Shown: positions 16,238 to 22,817, counted from the first letter of the stretch. The stretch is 32,000 nt of DNA from Staphylothermus marinus F1 (GCF_000015945.1 NC_009033.1:30001-62000); one strand, 5' to 3'. A program made the numbers and translations. The notes: a model not told the origin generated them from the letters alone.

Positions 16238-16267
16238 CATTAAACACTCATATCTAAAAATATATGG

Positions 16268-16936
16268 GTGAGGCCATTGCAGATTACACAGAGGCTAAGA
16301 GAAGAGGCAAGTAGTATATGGAATAAGATATTCAAACACCCCTTCGTAGTCGAGCTCTTCAAGGGTTCTCTGCCAATAGAAAAGTTTAGGTACTATGTTA
16401 TTCAAGACTATAATTTCCTTATCGGCATGACTAAGGCGTTTTCATTATTGGCATCTAAAGCTTATGATTATGAATTGTTAAGAGAAGCATTATCGCTAGC
16501 ATATAGTGATGCAACGATCGAAATGGATAATTACCTAAAACTACTAGATAAACTAGACTTAACCATAGAAGATGTCTTAAACACTGAGCCAGCACCTACA
16601 AATACAGCATATGTTAACCATATATTATCAACTTGTAGTCTAGGAACATCCATAGAATGCCTAGTCTCAACCCTACCATGCTTCTGGACCTATATGGAAA
16701 TACCTAGAGTAAACAATGATTTAATCATGGAAAATAAGAACCCAATATATATAGAATGGATAAACACCTATAGATCAAAAGAATATATTGAATTAACAAC
16801 TAAACTAATAAATTTAGTAGACAAGTATGCAGAACACATAGATTACAATAAGCTGAAAAGAATATTCATATTGAGTAGCCGATACGAATACATGTTCTGG
16901 GACATGGCCTACAATATGGAGAAATGGCCAGTATAA
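16268..16936 (+). CDS. tenA: TenA-family aminopyrimidine aminohydrolase (thiaminase II, thiamine salvage)
   Basis: Motifs: HPFVVELFKGSLPIEKFRYYVIQDYNFL and the C-terminal YEYMFWDMAY, typical of TenA. The start is GTG 16268, or TTG 16277 just after GGGTGAGG. Confidence 0.85.
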   Translation: MRPLQITQRLREEASSIWNKIFKHPFVVELFKGSLPIEKFRYYVIQDYNFLIGMTKAFSLLASKAYDYELLREALSLAYSDATIEMDNYLKLLDKLDLTIEDVLNTEPAPTNTAYVNHILSTCSLGTSIECLVSTLPCFWTYMEIPRVNNDLIMENKNPIYIEWINTYRSKEYIELTTKLINLVDKYAEHIDYNKLKRIFILSSRYEYMFWDMAYNMEKWPV

Positions 16937-17532
16937 ATAAAACATAAAACACAGCATTTTCAGCAAGAGGTTTCTAATCTGCTAAGCATGTATTGAATTA
17001 AATTTATAAGTGGTCAATGGTGAAAAGCTGATTAATATTTTTATAAAAATATACCGTCAAGTTTTTAATAGTTCTTAACCAGTAGCGGATCATTATTATT
17101 TATCATATAAATATAAATACCAATATGTAGTGGATTGGCTAATTATTTATAGTAGACCTCCTCAATAAATGCTCTCGACATAACCAATTTAATTTGCTAA
17201 GGATTCCTTAACTAAATAATATTCCATTAATACATGCAAGTTCGGAACACTTATTAAAAATTTATAAACTATTAAGGGAGAAGCCCCAGCAAGTATCCAA
17301 AATAACCAAAAAATAAAGCACGGGCAACCACAGACTAGACATGCAATCAACTACCTCATAAACTAAATAACCATGAAAAATGCTCCATACAGCAATTCCT
17401 GATTGAAGGGCTAAACACATAAATGCGTGGTCGCAGATATGGGGATTTCTTCTGGACGGGATTAAAACAAAAACCCTCCCACATCCTTAGAACAGCATCA
17501 TATTAAATACTTGATAAATTTATAATAGAAGA

Positions 17533-17824
17533 GGCAGGGTTGGAACACTCCATAAGAGGCCCAACCCCGTAAAGCACTAATTATAACCCCCCGCTCAAGC
17601 CAAAAGACCCCTTAAGAAGCCCCAACAACGACTCCCCCGGGGAGGAGACTCAACGCAGAATCATGCAAACCTAGACCCCCGGGGTGAATCTAGGCTTGCA
17701 CGATCCTACGTTGAGCCTCCGAGCCGTTGTTGGGGCTTCCCTTGGGGCCTTATCGGCTTGTTCGAGGGGTTGGGACATTGTTAATTTTTGGGGTTAGACC
17801 CCTTATGGAGTGCTCCCAACCCTG
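17533..17824 (-). ncRNA. Candidate novel structured RNA: 292-nt GC-rich rod-like hairpin of unassigned class
   Basis: Hand pairing of 17533-17674 against 17688-17824 gives 98 Watson-Crick pairs. A further 14 positions are A/C on the plus strand but G-U on the minus strand; none goes the other way. GC is about 55% by hand count within AT-rich flanks. There is no ORF, and a TATA-like box lies upstream on the minus strand. Confidence 0.6.
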
Positions 17825-17849
17825 CTGTTTATTTTATTGTTGTCAGTTT

Positions 17850-17858
17850 GTTTTTTAA
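17850..17858 (-). promoter_or_regulatory. TATA-like box (TTTAAAAAA on the minus strand) positioned for transcription starting at the base of the hairpin
   Basis: The minus strand reads CCTTTAAAAAACA. The box centre is about 30 nt upstream of 17824, compatible with a start site 2-4 nt before the first paired base. Confidence 0.35.
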
Positions 17859-18330
17859 AGGCTCAGGCTCATTAAGTGTGCATTACTTGGCTATAGGATA
17901 AATATTGAATACTGAGTCGGCACGGGGCGGTAGAAAGTTTAGCTTACTATTGATCTGACAAGAGATCTGTTCAAGTAACAACGTACCAATATAGGATCCA
18001 GCATTGATAAATGATCATCCAATCTAGCCAAGCTACTAGATATCTATAATGATCCTTGAAAGCGACTCAGACAGGCATAGTTGGGATTCTTCAGACATAG
18101 GTTCATCTCGACTTGCATGATTCCCTCCGCAATATTATCCTGCAAGAGCCATTACCTGCGATTTATTAAGGAAAGTTTGAAACTCTATGAATTAATGGAA
18201 ATTTATGTTTATCAGGTTTGGATTTTACGCAGACATCCCTATTACGCTCCACAAATTAAGAACATTTTCAAACGTAATAATTTATGTAAATGAATAATAT
18301 TGTTTTTATTGGCTTAAATAGTAGTAAAAT

Positions 18331-19452
18331 TCAGCCAACGTTTATGCCTAGCAGTATTGATGCTAGTAAGCCTATTAGGTACGTTAACCCAGCTGCTCCT
18401 AATCCTCCAATTAGTAGTTCTATTATTTTCTTCTTTATGTTTAAACCAGCTGATAATGCTATTATGAACCCTACCATGCTGAGCATTAATCCTGCGAATA
18501 ATAGTGATAGGGGCAGAGATATTATTATTGGTAATCCTAGGAAGTAGGGTATTAAAGGTATTATTGCTCCAACTATGTAGAATAAACCTGTTATTAATCC
18601 TGATTTTGCAGGATTTTCTATCATTACCTCTTTTATACCATATTTTTCCTCGACAACTAGTTTTCTAAGCAATTCCTTGTTTCTAGATGCATCGCTCAAT
18701 ATTTTATCAACAGTATCCCTAGAGTACCCTCTTGAGGATATAATCTTAGATAGAGTTTCAACTAGTTTATCCGGTATACTCTTAACGGCACTAATTACTC
18801 TATAAAGAACGCTCATTCTAACTTCTCTCTGAGCCTTCACACTAATATATGCTCCTATACCCATAGATAGAGAACCTGCTATTCCAACTATGAGCCCGCC
18901 AAGCGCAACATTTAACGGGTTACCGTATGCTCCAGCTAAACCTGCTGAAACAGATAATATTTCTACTAATCCATCATTCATTCCTAAAACAGCATCCCTC
19001 ACATGGTCTAGGAACTCCTTGATCTTTGATTCCTCCTCTATGAAGCTTTCTTCATGCATTAATTCATCGGCAACGATCTTTTTCAGCCATTCTTTTTCTT
19101 CATCACTTAACTCGGAAGACTCGAGGAGATCAGCATACATTTTAATCGCTTCAGATTCACCAGATTCTAGTAGTTTTAGTGTTAATCCAAAACCTATTAC
19201 TGGAAATAATAGCTCATATATGAAAACCTTGGTTTTACTAGGCTTAATCTTCGCTGGATCCACACCGTATTTTCTCAGGATTCGTGCCCAGAAACCAGCG
19301 TGTTCCGCTTCCATACGTGCTATTTCTAGTAATTTCTTAGATATTGGTTTATCTTTTAATTTACTGGCTATTAATGAGTATATTGCTGCGGATTCTAGTT
19401 CGTCCCTATATGCTTTTTTAACCTTAACAATAAAGTCACTGCTAACATTCAA
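18331..19452 (-). CDS. Ferritin-like (erythrin) domain fused to a VIT1/CCC1 iron-transporter domain (Er-VIT1 / MbfA-like)
   Basis: The N-terminal diiron-type helices are DELESAAIY, EAEHAGFW, GESEAIKMY and DELMHEE. A VIT1 membrane domain follows (RDAVLGMNDGLVEILSVSAGLAGA plus C-terminal TM helices). The gene starts 3 nt after the fprA stop. Confidence 0.8.
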   Translation of the reverse strand: MNVSSDFIVKVKKAYRDELESAAIYSLIASKLKDKPISKKLLEIARMEAEHAGFWARILRKYGVDPAKIKPSKTKVFIYELLFPVIGFGLTLKLLESGESEAIKMYADLLESSELSDEEKEWLKKIVADELMHEESFIEEESKIKEFLDHVRDAVLGMNDGLVEILSVSAGLAGAYGNPLNVALGGLIVGIAGSLSMGIGAYISVKAQREVRMSVLYRVISAVKSIPDKLVETLSKIISSRGYSRDTVDKILSDASRNKELLRKLVVEEKYGIKEVMIENPAKSGLITGLFYIVGAIIPLIPYFLGLPIIISLPLSLLFAGLMLSMVGFIIALSAGLNIKKKIIELLIGGLGAAGLTYLIGLLASILLGINVG

Positions 19453-19455
19453 ATA

Positions 19456-20676
19456 TTATTCACCAAGTATTTCGAGAAGCTTATTTGTTGCTTCGACTAT
19501 TTTATCTCTGAACTTATCTATTTGTCCAGCTCTAAATTCTACTACATCAACTACTTCGAACCCATTATTTGTTAGTAGTTCTCTTATTTTCTTTCCAGCG
19601 ACCCCTCCCCATCCATAATTAGTTATAACGAGGACTTTCTTATTCTTGGGTATTTTCTCTATTATCAAGTCTAATATGTATCTCATTAATGGAAATATTG
19701 AAGCTTCATATGTTGCTGTTCCAAGTATTATAGCTGAGGAATTCAATAAGTCAGCTAATAGATCACTATATTTATCCCTATAATAGTCTAGGAAACGATA
19801 TACTTTGTAGAATGCTTTTTTCTCATCAAGCACTTTAACAGCTTCTTTAACAGCTTTATCAACGAATCCATACATTGATGAATAAACTACAACTATCTTT
19901 TTCTTCCCACTAACACTTGTTCCCCTACTCCATGAGTGATAATATTTCATGATTATATCTGGGTTTTTCCATATGATACCATGTGCTGGAGCAATCATTT
20001 CTATGTTAAATCCTAGTGATTCTAACTTGTTTAATGCTTTCTCAATCCAAGAAGCATAGTGACCTATAACTGTTGCAATATATTTCCGAGTATAGAACAT
20101 ATATTCTTTGTGTTCTTCGGGGCTTAGTTCTGTATCATATATTTTATCGAGAATATTATATGATCCGAAAGCATCACATGTTAATAGTACATGGAGATCC
20201 TCAATATAGGTCATTATTGTTTCAGGCCAATGCAACCAAGGAGTATATATGAATTGTAACTTGTATTCTCCAATCTCTAATACCTCATTGTCTTTAACAG
20301 GCTTGAATTTTGGCTTAACATTATAGAATGATTCGATCATTCCCTTAGTAAGCGGGTGACCAAGAACTAGTATTTCAGAGTTTATTTCTAATAAGTCCTT
20401 TATAGAGCCGCTGTGATCGGGCTCCATATGGTGAATTATAAGGTATTTGATCTCTTTTGGATCAACTATTTTCTTCAACTCATTAATAAATTCTTTACCA
20501 TAAATGTGTTTCCATGCATCAAACAATACGTATCCATCCTTTGTCTTTAAAAGGTACGCATTATATGTTATTCCTTCGGGTATATACCATAATCCTTCAA
20601 AGTATTTGATTTGATCATCATCTATTCTTAACAGGTAGAATCCAGGTTTGATCTCTACAGTGTAGGTTTTAGGCAT
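19456..20676 (-). CDS. fprA: Flavodiiron protein (A-type flavoprotein, O2/NO reductase)
   Basis: A metallo-beta-lactamase-like domain with HHMEPDHSGS is followed by a C-terminal flavodoxin-like domain (KIVVVYSSMYG). ATG 20676 follows AGGTGAT, so it is preferred over the ORF start at 20700. Confidence 0.85.
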   Translation of the reverse strand: MPKTYTVEIKPGFYLLRIDDDQIKYFEGLWYIPEGITYNAYLLKTKDGYVLFDAWKHIYGKEFINELKKIVDPKEIKYLIIHHMEPDHSGSIKDLLEINSEILVLGHPLTKGMIESFYNVKPKFKPVKDNEVLEIGEYKLQFIYTPWLHWPETIMTYIEDLHVLLTCDAFGSYNILDKIYDTELSPEEHKEYMFYTRKYIATVIGHYASWIEKALNKLESLGFNIEMIAPAHGIIWKNPDIIMKYYHSWSRGTSVSGKKKIVVVYSSMYGFVDKAVKEAVKVLDEKKAFYKVYRFLDYYRDKYSDLLADLLNSSAIILGTATYEASIFPLMRYILDLIIEKIPKNKKVLVITNYGWGGVAGKKIRELLTNNGFEVVDVVEFRAGQIDKFRDKIVEATNKLLEILGE

Positions 20677-20783
20677 AGGATCACCTTGTAAATTAAGCAT
20701 AGCTCATTTAACTAATAAAGTTAGGGTTCATTAATAATATTTAGTTATAGATAAATAAAGTGTTCTATATAAAGATAAACATT

Positions 20784-21878
20784 TTACTTTATTTTTCTCT
20801 TCAAATATTTATTGATCCATTCCATGTCTATGTATTCAGCGAATAGTTTTGTTAGCTTCGCAGTATTTAATGCATCTTCTAGATTCAATACTTCTACTGG
20901 TGAATGAATATATCTTGTCGGAACAGATAATGCGCCTGTTGGGACCCCCTCCTTTGTTAACTGTATTATTGTTGCATCAGTTGTTCCACCAGTTAATACT
21001 TCCAATTGATACGGAATATTGTGTTTTTCAGCTAATTGTATAAGGGTATCTTTGATTGCTGGGTGAGCTATTAATCCCGAACCAGATCTTCCATCCATAA
21101 CTTTGATAGCAGGGCCTTTTCCTAGCTTGGTTATTTGTTTTGATTCATCAACTCCAGGTATATCTGCTGCTATGGTTACATCTAGTGCTAATCCAACGTG
21201 TGGTGTTATAGAATATGCTGCTACTCTAGCTCCTTTTAATCCAACTTCCTCCATAACAGTTGCTACAGCGTATACGTCTACTTTGGGTTTTTCAAGGTTC
21301 TTGAATGCTTCAATCATAACCGCTACACCGATTTTGTCATCAAATGCTCTACCAGTTACAACATTTTCTGAAAGCTTCGCGATATTTCTCTCAATAACAG
21401 CTACTGATCCAACAGTTATACCTAGTTTCTCTGCTTCCTCCCTACTAGAAGCACCTATATCTATGAATAAGTCCTCTATTTGTGGAGCTTGTTTAGCCTC
21501 CTCCGGCTTCATAATATGGGGAGGCTTCATACCTATTACTCCGCGAACATATTCTCTTCTTTTAGTTTTTATAAGAACTCTTTGTCCCGGCAATATAACT
21601 GGGTTCCACCCACCTATTGGTGTAAATTTGAGGAATCCAGTCTTTGTTATGTGATTTATCATTAAACCGATCTCGTCCATGTGAGCAGCAATCATTAACC
21701 TGCCTTCACCACTCCCCTTTTTAACAGCGATCACGTTTCCTAGTGAATCAACCCATATCTCATCAGCGTATGGTTTAAGCAATTCTATTATAGTATTTCT
21801 AATTTCATCTTCATGACCAGAGGGAGAAACTATATTGGTGAGCTTTTCAAGTGTTTCATATATTTCATTTTTATTCAT
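20784..21878 (-). CDS. M42 family (TET / FrvX-type) aminopeptidase
   Basis: Motifs: SPSGHE, AAHMDEIG, RAFDDKIG, MEEVGLKGA and HSP near the C-terminus, typical of M42 tetrahedral aminopeptidases. ATG 21878 follows GGTGGT. Confidence 0.85.
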   Translation of the reverse strand: MNKNEIYETLEKLTNIVSPSGHEDEIRNTIIELLKPYADEIWVDSLGNVIAVKKGSGEGRLMIAAHMDEIGLMINHITKTGFLKFTPIGGWNPVILPGQRVLIKTKRREYVRGVIGMKPPHIMKPEEAKQAPQIEDLFIDIGASSREEAEKLGITVGSVAVIERNIAKLSENVVTGRAFDDKIGVAVMIEAFKNLEKPKVDVYAVATVMEEVGLKGARVAAYSITPHVGLALDVTIAADIPGVDESKQITKLGKGPAIKVMDGRSGSGLIAHPAIKDTLIQLAEKHNIPYQLEVLTGGTTDATIIQLTKEGVPTGALSVPTRYIHSPVEVLNLEDALNTAKLTKLFAEYIDMEWINKYLKRKIK

Positions 21879-22029
21879 AGATACCACCAGGAGACTATAT
21901 GAATATAACAACGTTATATAATTTATACTAGAAACATATTAAACTTAATTGTATTAGCGCTCAAAGAAAATGATTCGAATATTATTATTAAAAAAGAATT
22001 CATTATGATTTCAGCCGAGACTATCTATG

Positions 22030-22737
22030 TTATTTCTGTAGTTTAGCGGCTCTCTCAAGCCATTTACGGACTTCTTCAACTTCTTCTTTCGGCACTACCC
22101 CTTCTTCGTAGCAGAACCACCAGTCGAAGCACTTGTATTTCTTCAATCTCTCTTCTGCCTCCTTAACTGTTCCTGCAGGTGGTACAATTACTGAGTCACC
22201 TATTAACTCGTTGTTCGGCCAGTTGGCTGGTGTCGCTCTACCATACTTATCTGTTATTTGAATTGCCTTGACTAATCTAAGGATCTCATCAATATTTCTA
22301 CCATTGTCTAGTGGATAGTAGATAATTGCTCTAATAATTCCATTAGGGTCAATGACAAATACGGCTCTAACAGTATGTGTTGAGCTCGCAGCGTGGAGCA
22401 TTCCTAGTTTGCTAGCAACTGTTCCTCTGGGATCAGCCATTATTGGGAACGGTATTTCTACACCTAACTTCTCCTTTATCCATTCAATCCATTTAATATG
22501 GCTGAAGTTGCTGTCAACACTAAGACCTATTAATTCAGTGTTAAGCTTCTTGAAGTCTTCATATCTCTTAGCGAATGCTACGAACTCGGTGGTACATACT
22601 GGTGTGAAGTCTGCTGGGTGGCTGAATAAGACCCAGTACTTACCTTTAAAGTAATCTGGTAGCTTTATTTTTCCATGTTGTGTAACTACTTCCATTTCAG
22701 GGAATTTTTCTCCTATAAGAGGAATTGTTCCAGGCAT
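22030..22737 (-). CDS. Peroxiredoxin (archaeal Prx6-like thioredoxin peroxidase with C-terminal extension)
   Basis: The peroxidatic motif is [14 protein letters not shown]. The C-terminal arm carries CFDWWFC, as in Aeropyrum-type peroxiredoxins. Confidence 0.9.
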
Positions 22738-22750
22738 TTCCTGTTCACCT

Positions 22751-22817
22751 TTCCTAAATATTCTTTATCGTATTCTTAATATTAACCTTCTAATATATAA
22801 ACCTTTTCATTTAGGAA
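22751..22817. promoter_or_regulatory. 9-bp inverted repeat (TTCCTAAAT / ATTTAGGAA) bracketing the peroxiredoxin core promoter
   Basis: The arms are at 22751-22759 and 22809-22817. The TATA-like TTTATATATT (minus strand, about 22792-22801) lies between them, and the prx ATG is at 22737. Confidence 0.25.

Noticed and set aside
16198-16267. TPP riboswitch upstream of tenA (contains CTGAGA), and upstream of the other thiamine genes
   Set aside because: The region is only about 70 nt and lacks the conserved ACCUGAUCUGGAUAAUGCCAGCG-type pyrophosphate-sensing helix. The CTGAGA belongs to a simple terminator-like hairpin. The thiDN/ykoD and thi4/ykoE spacers likewise contain no riboswitch core.
17395-17475. 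CRISPR-repeat-like or C/D-box-like strings (GATTGAAGGG, GGGATTAAAAC, CTGA boxes)
   Set aside because: No string is repeated at regular spacer-length intervals. No proper C (RUGAUGA) / D (CUGA) box pair with 12-nt guides could be found on either strand.
17533-17824. The hairpin as archaeal SRP (7S) RNA, suggested by its length of about 300 nt and rod shape
   Set aside because: The conserved helix-8 signature (GGAA tetraloop next to an AGCA loop), the helix 6/8 bifurcation and the Alu-domain helices 3/4 near the 5' end are all absent. The inverted repeat runs almost unbroken from the ends to a single apex. A covariance-model scan should still be run to confirm.
17533-17824. The hairpin as a simple MITE or DNA-level palindrome
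   Set aside because: This is not fully rejected. I saw no flanking target-site duplication (flanks are ...AGAAGAG and TGTTTAT...). GC content is far above the genome background. All 14 non-canonical pairs are G-U on one strand only, which points to RNA-level constraint. The nearby decayed arm-like relics keep a repeat or mobile ancestry possible.
16937-18330. The gap as a replication origin, given a long non-coding region and the GGAACACTCC / GGAGTGCTCC inverted elements
   Set aside because: The repeated boxes do not match the ORB/mini-ORB dyad (TTCC-N3-GGAA type). The sequence between them is GC-rich rather than an AT-rich unwinding element. No orc1/cdc6 or whiP gene is adjacent.
18081-18547. 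Plus-strand ORFs 18081..18293 and 18290..18547
   Set aside because: The first lies in the non-coding gap, has an odd composition and covers the decayed hairpin relic. The second is mostly antisense to the well-supported VIT1 gene. Neither has a recognisable start context.
18890-19618. 242-aa plus-strand ORF spanning the VIT1/fprA junction
   Set aside because: It is a Ser-rich, low-complexity translation typical of the antisense frame of Glu/Leu-rich genes. It crosses two confidently assigned minus-strand genes.
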